Positions 6,525 to 16,307 of a stretch of DNA of 25,955 nt are shown piece after piece. The DNA comes from a virus (Duplodnaviria > Heunggongvirae > Uroviricota > Caudoviricetes), in the IMG/VR virus record IMGVR_UViG_2737471869_000024, positions 1 through 25,955 of that record, one strand, 5' to 3'. A program made the translations under genes and the position numbers. The notes beneath the pieces are model-generated. The model had not been told where the DNA came from and did not search any database. It saw only the letters and a list, made by a program, of their open reading frames with translations. Each line of letters opens with the position of its first letter. Within the stretch, counting starts at the first letter, position 1.

Positions 6525-8531
6525 TTACTGCTGGGCTTTCTCACTTGAAGCCTGAATTAGAGGTGTAAGAGTTTCAGATACCCGTCTGATCGCTCTATCA
6601 TAAGCAGTACTTCCTTTTGGCGTGTTTGCTAACTTTAGTAATGCGTTCCTCATCGCGCGTGACTCATAGCCCCTGCCAGCCATACCGATACCAGCTCCTA
6701 CTGCCGCAACTTTTGCAAACATTGGATTTGTAACAGACGCAAGAGCTGTTATCAGCGCTGCTGGACCAGCTACCATTTGCCCTGTTAGTGGGCTTGCGGC
6801 AGCAGTAGCTGCCTGTCTAGTGGAATCAAGATATTTCATTATCCCATCAAGCTGTTTCCCATGCTCTCCTCTGAAGAACGTCTCAGCCTGCTTCCGATTC
6901 CTTTTCATTTCATTAATAAACTTCTCAACGCTAAGCTTTCCTGAATCGCTTGTCGCCTTATCCATTGCACGCTGAACAAGTGCTGCTCTAGCATTTTGAC
7001 GCCCACTATCATCAAGCAATCGATAAAGTTGCGCCCTTTCCGCTGGGCTTTGGCTGAATACTAGTTTAGTGACATCTTCTGGCGTTGTTTTACCACTCTG
7101 AATAGCTTTTTGGACACGTGTATTGCTCATCATGTCGTTGAACTTTGCCCAAGAACGATCAACACGCGACATGTTTTGCGCTTCCTTCGCACCTAGTTTT
7201 GCGCCAACCGCTTTTTTCATGTCTGTTGTGTATGCGTTATAAACAGACTGCGCAGCTTTCTCCAGCGTATCTCTATCGACCTCGTCAGGTGCTGCCATAA
7301 AGCGCTTACGTAAGTTTGTACGGTTTTCTCTAGCTAATTGCAGGTTATTTGGACCGCTGGTGATGTCATTTCTAAACTGTTGAAGGACAGAAACAGCTGA
7401 GCGGTCTTGCGATACTCCTGGGCGAGTTAACTTGGAAATCTGCTCATCAATTGCTTTCACTGTTCCAGTGATGTCAACAGGAGTATCCCCCATCAAACTG
7501 ATGATCCTGTCGTACCGCTTGCCAGCAGCCTGAATAAATTGCTGCTGACCACGAGTAGCTGATTGGTAAAGTTGTGCGTCAGATATTCCACCAACATTAT
7601 CGCTAAATGTTCTAACTAAATCTTCCCTGGCCTTTTGCTGTGCATTTCTTATCCCACCTGTTCCGGCTATTGGGATTCGCTCAGCCATAGCTCGTGCTTG
7701 CTTACCAATATTTGTTCCCGGTTCCACAAGATCTGTTGTCATCAGTGGCAAGTTGTTCTGCTTGGCAAAGTCAATCTGAGCTTGTTTTTCAGGAGCAATC
7801 TTACCCATAGCAGAACGAGACACTGCGCTTGCGGTGTTTTCTACACCCTTCAGTACCCCACCAAGACCAGCAGAAATTGCAGTTTGAACTGGATTAACAT
7901 TCTCACCGCCAGCGATCTTAGTGGCACCCTGTAAAGCTAAATCAGTAGCGCCTGATTTTAGTGTTGCACCTACAACAGACGCAGCTCTACCTGCTGGAGT
8001 GAATGCAAGAGCATTTGCCAAGAATGACGTTATATCCTGCGGTGACAAACCAGGCTTGTTAAGTGCATATTCCCCTGAAGGAAGGGTGACTATGGAATTT
8101 CCCTTCTCATCCTTCCGGATTTTCCCGCCAATACTTTGCAGTATTTTCTCCTGTGAAGCGTCGGAACCAAATAGCTGCCCCAATCCAGCACGCAGCGCAT
8201 CAGTGCTTAAGCTATTAAGCTCTGGAGCAGACCCAACATTTTGCAGTCTCTCCATTTCTGGTGTCATTCGGCTTTCACCGGTAACGGCATCGCGCATTGC
8301 AGCACCTAAAACAGCCCCTTGCTCAGCAGAGCGATCTAGTCCTTCCTTCTGCTGAGTGGCAAGCTGTGCATATCCTGATGCAAGTGAGTTGTCTGCTGGC
8401 GATTGCTGAACACCTTGTTGTGTTGGTGCTGACTGACCAGCAAAATACTCATCAATGGCGGCGCCAATATCTTCGGTGCTCGTACCATCAGGAAAGGTAA
8501 ATGTCTTACCGTTTGCAGTAACTTTCATCAT
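6525..8531 (-). CDS. Ejection (internal/E) protein, P22 gp16 homolog
   Basis: 668 aa, last of the three ejection genes in conserved P22 order (7-20-16). Start overlaps the upstream gene stop. Confidence 0.8.
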   Translation of the reverse strand: MMKVTANGKTFTFPDGTSTEDIGAAIDEYFAGQSAPTQQGVQQSPADNSLASGYAQLATQQKEGLDRSAEQGAVLGAAMRDAVTGESRMTPEMERLQNVGSAPELNSLSTDALRAGLGQLFGSDASQEKILQSIGGKIRKDEKGNSIVTLPSGEYALNKPGLSPQDITSFLANALAFTPAGRAASVVGATLKSGATDLALQGATKIAGGENVNPVQTAISAGLGGVLKGVENTASAVSRSAMGKIAPEKQAQIDFAKQNNLPLMTTDLVEPGTNIGKQARAMAERIPIAGTGGIRNAQQKAREDLVRTFSDNVGGISDAQLYQSATRGQQQFIQAAGKRYDRIISLMGDTPVDITGTVKAIDEQISKLTRPGVSQDRSAVSVLQQFRNDITSGPNNLQLARENRTNLRKRFMAAPDEVDRDTLEKAAQSVYNAYTTDMKKAVGAKLGAKEAQNMSRVDRSWAKFNDMMSNTRVQKAIQSGKTTPEDVTKLVFSQSPAERAQLYRLLDDSGRQNARAALVQRAMDKATSDSGKLSVEKFINEMKRNRKQAETFFRGEHGKQLDGIMKYLDSTRQAATAAASPLTGQMVAGPAALITALASVTNPMFAKVAAVGAGIGMAGRGYESRAMRNALLKLANTPKGSTAYDRAIRRVSETLTPLIQASSEKAQQ

Positions 8532-9943
8532 TCCACCGTAAATTGAATGCCTGATTTTGAGGTATATGATCCAACCTGATTCCGTGGTTCTCCTGAAGGT
8601 GTCGAATCTTGTGCTGGCGCTGCGTCAGTATTCATTGACATATACCGCTTAACGGCACTCCCCAATGATTCACCTTTTTTAACATCCAACCCCAATATCT
8701 GACCGCCATTACGCGATTGTCCAGGGTTGCCATTCGCGCTCATCCACTCAGCTTTAAACTCATTAAACTGCGCGTTTCGTCGCTCAAGGTTTGCCATTGC
8801 ATCAAGCCATCTTGCGACCGTCTCAGGGTTATCCATGTCAGTTGGCGCACCCTGACGAACGATCTCAACGTCTTTATCCGTTGCTGGGCCGGGAGGTAGG
8901 AATTTAAGGACCTGACTGTTAACAAGGGCATTTTGGCGAATGCGCAAATCACGCAATGTTGTATCGCTTCCGGTAAGTTTTGCGAACATGTTCTGTGCGT
9001 TACCGAACAAACCTGTCGTTGGTTTTTCTGCTCTGAACTGTTGAGCAAGCGCACTCATAGAATTGGCTGAGTTTGATGATGCTGTAGCATTGTTTACAGC
9101 CGTCTCGATGCCTTTTTCCATGTTTACTGACAGCTTAGGTGCTTCGCTAATCAACTGCTGAGCCTTTTCCTGCGCTTGCTGCATCTTAAACCCGAACTCT
9201 TGCTGATCCAGAGCCAAGCGTTGTGCTGCGATATTGTGCCCAGTCATTGCTGACTGATAGGAAAGGTTTTGCCCTCTCGCCTGAAGTGCCTCGCCAGCCT
9301 GATTGCTGCGGATTGTCTCTGCCAGTCTGCCTCGGTCAATCTCACGACCAGCCATCTTGTCCTGAACAGCAAACGCCTTTTCTGGTCCAAGCGCACCGAG
9401 AGACATAGTAGTCAGCATGTGTGATAGCTGCTCTGGATTCTGGATACCTGTCTGAATCATCCAGTCAGCATTCGCCCCCACGCGATTTAACCTGTCCTTG
9501 TTGTCAGTAATGAATTTACTGTAGGCTTCCGGTCCCTGGGAAAGAGCGACGTTAGCCCTCATGGCTAAATCGCCCATATCGTTGCGTTGCTGCTCATTAA
9601 GACCGGAAAACGCCTGTTGTGCCTGTGCAACAAACGCTGGATTTTCCTGGGCAAACTTAAATAGTCCAGATGGATCACCAGAAGCCCATGCATCAGCGTG
9701 AACCTTATTGAACGCACTAATAGCTTTCTGTTGCTGTTCCTGATTGTAAATATCAGCAACTCCAGCCAGACCACGTAACGCGGTCAGACCAATGTTATTT
9801 GCACCTGAGCGAGCCAGTTCATTGTTTTCGCGGATCAGACCAAGCGTTGCGTTAATGTCGCTTGCCTTTGGCGCATTCTCATTTTGCGTACCGATGCCAG
9901 CCAGAAAACCACCAGAATTAATACCCTGTTGCCACGTAGCCAT
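8528..9943 (-). CDS. Ejection protein, P22 gp20 homolog
   Basis: 471 aa, the size I recall for P22 gp20. Synteny between gp7 and gp16. Confidence 0.8.
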   Translation of the reverse strand: MATWQQGINSGGFLAGIGTQNENAPKASDINATLGLIRENNELARSGANNIGLTALRGLAGVADIYNQEQQQKAISAFNKVHADAWASGDPSGLFKFAQENPAFVAQAQQAFSGLNEQQRNDMGDLAMRANVALSQGPEAYSKFITDNKDRLNRVGANADWMIQTGIQNPEQLSHMLTTMSLGALGPEKAFAVQDKMAGREIDRGRLAETIRSNQAGEALQARGQNLSYQSAMTGHNIAAQRLALDQQEFGFKMQQAQEKAQQLISEAPKLSVNMEKGIETAVNNATASSNSANSMSALAQQFRAEKPTTGLFGNAQNMFAKLTGSDTTLRDLRIRQNALVNSQVLKFLPPGPATDKDVEIVRQGAPTDMDNPETVARWLDAMANLERRNAQFNEFKAEWMSANGNPGQSRNGGQILGLDVKKGESLGSAVKRYMSMNTDAAPAQDSTPSGEPRNQVGSYTSKSGIQFTVE

Positions 9944-9953
9944 TGATTACCCC

Positions 9954-10646
9954 TTAAAACAACGAGCCAAGCAGACCAAGACCGCCGCCGATCGCAGCCC
10001 CCCACGGAGTTGATGAACCAATTAATTTCGCAAGTCCAGCCCCAGCAATAGCACCAGACGCACCTCCGCCAATAGCAGATTGCATTGCTGATGGTCTGTT
10101 GGCATTTGCCGCTGCAAGAGCCGCACTTTGCTGCGAAATCTGACTCATGTTGTTGGCATATGTCTGCCCTGCGTTTGCCTGACCTTGCAGAGCACCAAGC
10201 CCAACGTTTGCCAGATTCTGGTAGTTGTTCATCTGACCAGACAGCCACTGCTGACCAAGCGTTGGTGCGATTGTTGCTAACTGATTACCGGTTGCAGTGG
10301 AACCCAATCCACCTGTTGCTTCCGCTGCCGCCAGACTCTGATAGCGAGCCTGACCAGCAAGATCTTTGTACTGCTGAGAGTTGTAATACTGGTTAAGTGC
10401 CTGACCTTGCCCTTCCAGAGACGATAAGTTCTCGAGGCTGCCGACATACTTATCAGCCAGAGGAGTAAACGGCTTCAGGTTGTTCATGATGGTGTTGAAC
10501 TGCTGATTTTGCAGGTTTGCTGCATACTTCTGAGCTTCTGCTGCATACTTTGCGCTTTTATCAGAGCTGCCACCTTTCCCGCCTTTTTCATGGCACCAAG
10601 GTTCCTCGCCGCGCAGTTTTCTGCCCAGCTTAAATGCATATAACAT
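9954..10646 (-). CDS. Ejection protein, P22 gp7 homolog
   Basis: 230 aa with a Gly/Ala-rich hydrophobic C-terminus. Synteny after gp14. Confidence 0.78.
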   Translation of the reverse strand: MLYAFKLGRKLRGEEPWCHEKGGKGGSSDKSAKYAAEAQKYAANLQNQQFNTIMNNLKPFTPLADKYVGSLENLSSLEGQGQALNQYYNSQQYKDLAGQARYQSLAAAEATGGLGSTATGNQLATIAPTLGQQWLSGQMNNYQNLANVGLGALQGQANAGQTYANNMSQISQQSAALAAANANRPSAMQSAIGGGASGAIAGAGLAKLIGSSTPWGAAIGGGLGLLGSLF

Positions 10647-10648
10647 GG

Positions 10649-11104
10649 CTATCTCCCGTGATTCAGGAAGTCGATTAGTTCTTCGCGCGTGGCGCTGTAA
10701 AAAGTCACGTCATCCACGCCTTTGAAGTATTTCTTGATGGTTCCTACACGCTTAAGGCCAATCATTGCGCAGTACATCTGACCGTGGCGGAATTTGCGCG
10801 CAGCGAACGATGTGACGCACTGAACGGTGGTGTTAGTCAGAATGTATCGCCAGAACGCCAGCCCGATTTCCTTGCTGAATCCACGAACCTCTGGCAGGTA
10901 CATGGCGTGGCAATCGAATGTAAGCGGCTGAATTTCCTGATAGTAAACAATGCCGCCAAACTGACCGTACACGTTAACCTCAAAGTAACGGCATTCAGGC
11001 TTGTAGTCGTATCCATCACCGTTGTTGCTTCCGGCAATAATGTCAGGGTGATTTCCGACTGCTTCTATCAGGTCGATGTTTCGCGTTGGTTTGAACTGAA
11101 TCAT
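10649..11104 (-). CDS. P22 gp14-like virion/assembly protein
   Basis: 151 aa in the gp14 position between tail needle and gp7. Assigned by synteny only. Confidence 0.65.
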   Translation of the reverse strand: MIQFKPTRNIDLIEAVGNHPDIIAGSNNGDGYDYKPECRYFEVNVYGQFGGIVYYQEIQPLTFDCHAMYLPEVRGFSKEIGLAFWRYILTNTTVQCVTSFAARKFRHGQMYCAMIGLKRVGTIKKYFKGVDDVTFYSATREELIDFLNHGR

Positions 11105-11952
11105 TACTGCTCCGCGATTATCTTGATGGTTGTGGCAGTAAACGCCGCACCATTTGACTGAATGGTTAACGTGCTGCCATTTGTGGCAAGAAAGCCGTCT
11201 TTATCCACGCTGAATAACGTAGCTAACAGGATGTTATCGGTCGTTGTCGCCGAGTTGCGACTGCTTACCAGTGTGTCAGGAACAGAGCCGGAAAATGTTA
11301 GTTGCATTGACCTGTTGGCGGTTCCGCTGGGCCACGTCCCGACGATCGACAGCTTGAAGAACAGGGTTTTGTTCTCGTTGAACACAACCATCTTGTTGTT
11401 AACGGTGTCGAAGAATGGTGCCAACGTGCCGGATGACGGCGTGAGCGTTTTCAGCAGGCTAACAAGGTTGGTCGGCGCTGTCGGGATGGTTACAGATACG
11501 CCAGAGTAAACAACCTCTGACTTCTTGCGAGTAGTGGCATACTCCAGAGCATCGATGCGCGTTTCATGGTCTGAAACCTGCGACTCCAGCGACTGAACTC
11601 TGGTATCAAGCGACGCAATATCGCTTTCATTCTGAGTGATTCGTGTTTCATGTTCCTGAAGAGTTGATTCTGCCTGGCTGATTCGCTCCTCATGATTAAC
11701 AAGCGTTGCTTCTGCAGCAGAAATTCGCTGCTCATGGTCAGCGAGAATCACATCCTGCTCATCGTTCCTGACTTGTGCATCATAAGCGCCCTGTCCGGCC
11801 TCGTTGGCCTTGTTAGCCACGTTACCAACATCAGTACCCTGTGCGATAACGTACAGCAGATACGACTGCGAGAAGATATTGCGTGGAAGGATTGATGTGT
11901 CGAGCCGTGTAGCCTGAATGATTACCGGCACATTGAGATTCGAATCCGCCAT
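11104..11952 (-). CDS. Tail needle (P22 gp26 family) with Sf6-type C-terminal knob domain
   Basis: 282 aa. N-terminus [43 protein letters not shown] closely matches P22 gp26; a central heptad-rich coiled coil follows, then a ~100-aa C-terminal extension absent from P22, as in the Sf6 needle. Confidence 0.88.
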   Translation of the reverse strand: MADSNLNVPVIIQATRLDTSILPRNIFSQSYLLYVIAQGTDVGNVANKANEAGQGAYDAQVRNDEQDVILADHEQRISAAEATLVNHEERISQAESTLQEHETRITQNESDIASLDTRVQSLESQVSDHETRIDALEYATTRKKSEVVYSGVSVTIPTAPTNLVSLLKTLTPSSGTLAPFFDTVNNKMVVFNENKTLFFKLSIVGTWPSGTANRSMQLTFSGSVPDTLVSSRNSATTTDNILLATLFSVDKDGFLATNGSTLTIQSNGAAFTATTIKIIAEQ

Positions 11953-13370
11953 TACTCAATCCTTATCTGGCAACCAGACAGAGTGACAGGTGACTTCGTG
12001 ATAACGCGCAATTTGAAGCCGACATTTTTCCTGATGCGCCCGACACGCTTCCACAAAACGCGTTTGTCGTAAACGAACGGTTCATTCTGCTCAATCATCT
12101 GCTCACGTCCGTAATTGATGCCGTCAGTGGTTGCAGAGAGAAAAAGGCGGTCGGCGTACTGCGCAACGCCAGTTGACGATTCAACCTCAAGATCAAAACA
12201 TCTGGCGTTCTCAGCTTTGAACAACGGAGTAAACAACAGGTGTTCTTGCTGTAGCCCATACTGGCTGCTGATATCGAACTGCAGTTTCCCGGTCACGGAT
12301 TCCAGCTTATCGCCGCACGTTATCTGATTGCCTTCGTAAATGAAGTCGATAGCGCGGTACACATCGTCATACAAGCCTGTTTTCAGCACACACCATTGCG
12401 GACCATTGGCGCTTGAAGATGCGTCGTACACGAGAACATGGCGCGGAAGGTGGATAATCAGCAACTCATGAGCATCAAAGCGCAGAGACTCCATCACGCC
12501 ATCAGCCAGTTCATCAGCAGTGTAGGAGCGGAGTATTTTCTCAATGCTCGCGCTGGCGATTGGTGACACCTGACCGGAGCCGATGATGTATACAGATGGC
12601 GCACCAGTTGCCGGATTGCTGATAAACGCATACGAATCAGCGAATGGCGTTTTGCAGTAAGTTCCGGCAATGCCTTTCTGCACCATCAGCGATGGTTGTG
12701 CAACATACAAAGCGGCACCAACGGTGGTTGCACCTGTCAGGGAAAAATATTCAATCGTCGATGAACCAAAGCAGACAATGAAGTCTCGCCATGTTCCGAT
12801 TCCGATGATTCCGTCCGGCTGCGATTCTGCCCGATATTGTGCGCTGTAGCGGTCAGGATGCGATTCGTCTCCAAGGTCAGTGATAAACCATGAATCAGTT
12901 CCGTCTTTTGACCACGCATAACGCCCACGTAAGCGCGTAATGTCGCGAACCGAACCTAACTCATACTGCGTGAATCCGCTGTCTGTAGGCCAGTTTGAGA
13001 CGGTTTTAACCGTGCCATCATAACGATACTCGACCAGTTGACCATTAACGCCTACTGCCTGTGATGTCCTACCGTGCGCCATTGATACGCGGCCACTTCC
13101 GGCGACGTCACCGACTTCACTTTCGCCTTTGTAGAGCTTTCCACCACACACACGATAAACAGCATTCTGCGCCATGTTGTACTCGACGCCGCGCGATATA
13201 CCGTTCACATCAGAACGTTTGGCAATGCCCGGGAATGAGCGAAGATATCCGCTGCTGTTGAGTATTTCTTTGGGTGTAGCCAACATATTCACTGGCAGAT
13301 AGTCGATATAGTCAGCGTTTCTAAAGTCTTTGCCGACACCTTTCATAAGCGGAAGTTGCTGAATCGGCAT
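11952..13370 (-). CDS. Tail hub/accessory protein, P22 gp10 homolog
   Basis: 472 aa, the size I recall for P22 gp10. Synteny between gp4 and gp26. Confidence 0.85.
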   Translation of the reverse strand: MPIQQLPLMKGVGKDFRNADYIDYLPVNMLATPKEILNSSGYLRSFPGIAKRSDVNGISRGVEYNMAQNAVYRVCGGKLYKGESEVGDVAGSGRVSMAHGRTSQAVGVNGQLVEYRYDGTVKTVSNWPTDSGFTQYELGSVRDITRLRGRYAWSKDGTDSWFITDLGDESHPDRYSAQYRAESQPDGIIGIGTWRDFIVCFGSSTIEYFSLTGATTVGAALYVAQPSLMVQKGIAGTYCKTPFADSYAFISNPATGAPSVYIIGSGQVSPIASASIEKILRSYTADELADGVMESLRFDAHELLIIHLPRHVLVYDASSSANGPQWCVLKTGLYDDVYRAIDFIYEGNQITCGDKLESVTGKLQFDISSQYGLQQEHLLFTPLFKAENARCFDLEVESSTGVAQYADRLFLSATTDGINYGREQMIEQNEPFVYDKRVLWKRVGRIRKNVGFKLRVITKSPVTLSGCQIRIE

Positions 13371-13379
13371 TTATTCACC

Positions 13380-13841
13380 TCACGTACTCGGATCATCTTT
13401 CTCGATGTAAAACCGATTCCACGTAAACGCGCTTTTGTTACCACTACCGCGAGGCATGTCATTTCGCCGCTCAAGTGGTGGTATTTTGGTTAAAGCGATG
13501 CAGATTGTCTGATATGCACTGTCAGCAGCGGTAAGGAGAGCGTCTGACGGCTGAATGACGTTATCCATGCACACCTGCACAGCGAGCTTCAAAGCGACGC
13601 CATCATTTGCCCATGCAGGGATACCTGAATCATCGTCAGGTAACGGCATGATGCCGTTTTCTGTATCAGCAAACTGATATCCAAGCTCGATACCTTTAGC
13701 CTGCCATGCTGCCATCATGTCTTCGAGGTCATTAATGGCATCTTCAATTGCCTGAGGGTCAGCATCTGTCAACGTGGCATTGGAATACAGCCCGGCTTTT
13801 CGTAAAGCCTTAAGAACGAGATCACCCTTCGTTTTCGCCAT
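13380..13841 (-). CDS. Head-completion / tail adaptor protein, P22 gp4 homolog
   Basis: 153 aa. N-terminus MAKTKGDLVLKALRKAGLYSNATLTDADPQAIEDAINDLEDMMAAW parallels P22 gp4. Confidence 0.88.
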   Translation of the reverse strand: MAKTKGDLVLKALRKAGLYSNATLTDADPQAIEDAINDLEDMMAAWQAKGIELGYQFADTENGIMPLPDDDSGIPAWANDGVALKLAVQVCMDNVIQPSDALLTAADSAYQTICIALTKIPPLERRNDMPRGSGNKSAFTWNRFYIEKDDPST

Positions 13842-14010
13842 CTTCTTCCGCCTTAGCCACTTTATGCTTCGTTGCGGTTTCTTCAGGAGTTTTTACCCAG
13901 CCTTTTTTCAGGTGAGATTTAACTTCTTCGTCATCAACAATGATGTAATCGACAGCAAACTGACCACAGGTGATCATGTTGCCAGGCTTATAGAGCATTG
14001 TTCGTGCCAT
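13822..14010 (-). CDS. Small hypothetical protein between coat and gp4
   Basis: 62 aa from the internal ATG at 14010, with GGGAGA RBS 5 nt upstream; the supplied ORF's longer start is unlikely because it would begin inside the terminator hairpin. Sf6 has a small ORF in this position. Confidence 0.5.
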   Translation of the reverse strand: MARTMLYKPGNMITCGQFAVDYIIVDDEEVKSHLKKGWVKTPEETATKHKVAKAEEDGENEG

Positions 14011-14021
14011 TGTCTTCTCCC

Positions 14022-14048
14022 AATAAAAATGGGGCCGAAGCCCCACCA
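14022..14048 (-). terminator. Rho-independent (probably partial) terminator after the coat gene
   Basis: Minus-strand hairpin GGGGCTTCGGCCCC followed by ATTTTTATT, immediately after the coat stop codon. Confidence 0.55.
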
Positions 14049-14051
14049 AAA

Positions 14052-15305
14052 TTACTGCCCGGCAATAACGATGCCCGTATATTCAGGAACAAGTACAGAG
14101 CAACCGTACAGAGTGGTGAAACGAGCAGTGGTTACGCCTTTGATGTGGTCGAAGGCGTAAGACATGATCAGCGTAGCGCCCTGCTCGGTGGTTGCTGTCA
14201 TTACCTGTGGACCCTGACCAGTCGGGAACGCCAGTTTTCCGTACATCAGTTCAACAGAACCATCAGCCCAGAACAGGTTAGCCGGTGCTGCATTTTTGTT
14301 GAGAATGGTAATTGCTGCACCATTTGCCGCGTTAGCATCAACGTTTGCATATGGACGGCTGGCAACATCTGCGTTGTCAGGCGGCAGAATTTTCGGGGAG
14401 ATAGTTACTGTCGTTCCGCTTACTGCCAGAACGCGGAATACCTGCGGCTGCCCGGTGGTGTCTTTGGTGATCTGGTGTACAGAATTCACGCCAGCAATGG
14501 TGAACGCATCGCCAACCTGCAAACCAGATGCAGATACCGTAATGGTCCCCTGTCGGTTATCCACTGGCATATCGTTGGCATCTTTCGCTTCAACCTTGTG
14601 CGCAGGTTCAGCCGCCAGCGTCAGGGAAGTTGCTGTACCTTTCGGAACACGACCAGAAATATCGGTCTTGTAGCTATCGAAGGACGCAACCGGAGGGATC
14701 TGCGCTTTTTCGTATGCTGTCAGGGTTGCGCCCTGAGCATAGGCACGGTGACCAAGCTCGCCAGCAAGGTCTTTGTAGTTGAAGGGGTTCCAGAAAGAGC
14801 GACGGTTGATACCCTGAGGTACACCAATCGCCGTCATGGTGGCATCAATATCTGCCGCACCATTCCACAAGGCAAGGCCCCGTGAGCCATTTTCTGAGGC
14901 AGGAATTGCGACCACGTTAGTAGCACGCTGCGTAACCATGGAAATCAGGTCAGAGTCAATCTGTGCAGCAAGGCGCATACCTGCGGCGCGACCAGCTTCA
15001 GTTTTATGTTCCGGGTCACGCATTTCACGCGCATCCAGAGTGTACAGAATGTTTTTCGGCTCCTTGAACACAGAAGGAACAAGGCGCTGAACCAGTGCTG
15101 TTGGCGTTTTGCTGCTGAGGTCGAGGCCTTCCTCAATATTCATGTGGTAATGCTGCGGACGATACAGAACATCACCTGCTCGCTGCATTGCTGTATCACC
15201 GGGACGGAATTTTTTAGCGTTACGGGAAACTACGCAGGCGGCCTCAAAGCCTTCAACGTAGTTTTCGAACATGATTTCAAGGTCTTTTGCTAATTGGTTA
15301 GCCAT
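14052..15305 (-). CDS. Major capsid (coat) protein, P22 gp5-like
   Basis: 417 aa in the expected position after the scaffold gene; size and position fit a P22-type coat. Followed by a terminator hairpin. Confidence 0.88.
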   Translation of the reverse strand: MANQLAKDLEIMFENYVEGFEAACVVSRNAKKFRPGDTAMQRAGDVLYRPQHYHMNIEEGLDLSSKTPTALVQRLVPSVFKEPKNILYTLDAREMRDPEHKTEAGRAAGMRLAAQIDSDLISMVTQRATNVVAIPASENGSRGLALWNGAADIDATMTAIGVPQGINRRSFWNPFNYKDLAGELGHRAYAQGATLTAYEKAQIPPVASFDSYKTDISGRVPKGTATSLTLAAEPAHKVEAKDANDMPVDNRQGTITVSASGLQVGDAFTIAGVNSVHQITKDTTGQPQVFRVLAVSGTTVTISPKILPPDNADVASRPYANVDANAANGAAITILNKNAAPANLFWADGSVELMYGKLAFPTGQGPQVMTATTEQGATLIMSYAFDHIKGVTTARFTTLYGCSVLVPEYTGIVIAGQ

Positions 15306-15323
15306 GCTTAATGCTCCGATAGG

Positions 15324-16217
15324 TTATTTTTTTGCCTTTTTAGCGGCGAAATACGGCGTCCAGTCACCAGTTTCCAGCGCCTTGGCTTTCAATTTGTCGA
15401 TGTTGTTGATTACTGCGCCGTTGCTCCCCTTAACTGTCGGGGTTGTGGCTGCCGTGGTTTTTGCTTTTGGCATGATTCTGGCCTTCGATTCGATACGTTC
15501 CAGCAGACGACCAATTGCTACGGGGTTGGTAGCTTCTGCCAGTTGCTTGCGCAGTTCAGCGTTGCGACCGAGTGCCAGAACAACGATTTCCGGCTTCTCT
15601 GACTCAAACAGGATCGCGTTTTGTGTCTCGATGGGGATTTCCTCGAGTACGGCCTGCTCAGCTTCCTGATAGCCAGGAACTTTGAGAGCCTTAACACGTT
15701 GCTGATATTTGGATAATCGCTCTTGATAGGCAGCCTGAAGCTCCTGCTCCTTCTGCTTGCGAGCCATCTCCTGTTGCTGGTACTTGCCGTTATCCTCTGC
15801 CCACTTAGCCATGCGTTGCTGGTAGATTTCTTCATCGAAACCGATGTCCTCATCGTCCAGTTTTGGCATTCGCGGTGGTTGAGTAATTACCGGCTGCTGC
15901 TCGACGGGTTTCTGAGACTGACGCATCAGCTCTTTCAGCTCGCGGTCTTTCTCTTTAATCGTCTTGCGCAGGTGTTTTACCAGTCCATGCTCTGCGCCAT
16001 CTTCGCTGGTTGGCGAATCCAGCTTTTCGTCACCAAAGTAGAATTCCTGTTCTGATTCGTCGTCATCAGTTTCAGTAGCTTCCTCTGCATCATTGCCGGA
16101 GGACTCACTGCCATCTTCTGTTTCGACTTCTTCAGCCAGTTCGACATCATCAGGAATCTGCTCTGACGCGTCGGTTTCGATTTCAACTTCTGGTGTGTTT
16201 TCTGCCATCTGGTCCAT
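15324..16217 (-). CDS. Scaffolding protein (P22 gp8-like)
   Basis: 297 aa, highly acidic N-terminus, charged helical coiled-coil-like composition, located between portal and coat. Confidence 0.85.
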   Translation of the reverse strand: MDQMAENTPEVEIETDASEQIPDDVELAEEVETEDGSESSGNDAEEATETDDDESEQEFYFGDEKLDSPTSEDGAEHGLVKHLRKTIKEKDRELKELMRQSQKPVEQQPVITQPPRMPKLDDEDIGFDEEIYQQRMAKWAEDNGKYQQQEMARKQKEQELQAAYQERLSKYQQRVKALKVPGYQEAEQAVLEEIPIETQNAILFESEKPEIVVLALGRNAELRKQLAEATNPVAIGRLLERIESKARIMPKAKTTAATTPTVKGSNGAVINNIDKLKAKALETGDWTPYFAAKKAKK

Positions 16218-16307
16218 TTGTTACCCCTGTTTACTCGATGTTCAGCCCATCGGAAGGCAATAGGTTGCCAGGCCTCATAAAGACAGCCATTGCACGTTAT
16301 GGGTTAA

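Noticed and set aside
7921-8355. 144-aa plus-strand ORF (and other small ORFs inside gp16/gp20/gp7)
   Set aside because: Embedded antisense in the ejection-protein genes; Ala/Ser/Pro-rich composition is a mirror of the GC-rich coding strand.
13998-14885. 295-aa plus-strand ORF
   Set aside because: Lies entirely antisense to the coat gene, is Arg/Cys-rich and of low complexity, and has no RBS. Typical shadow ORF.
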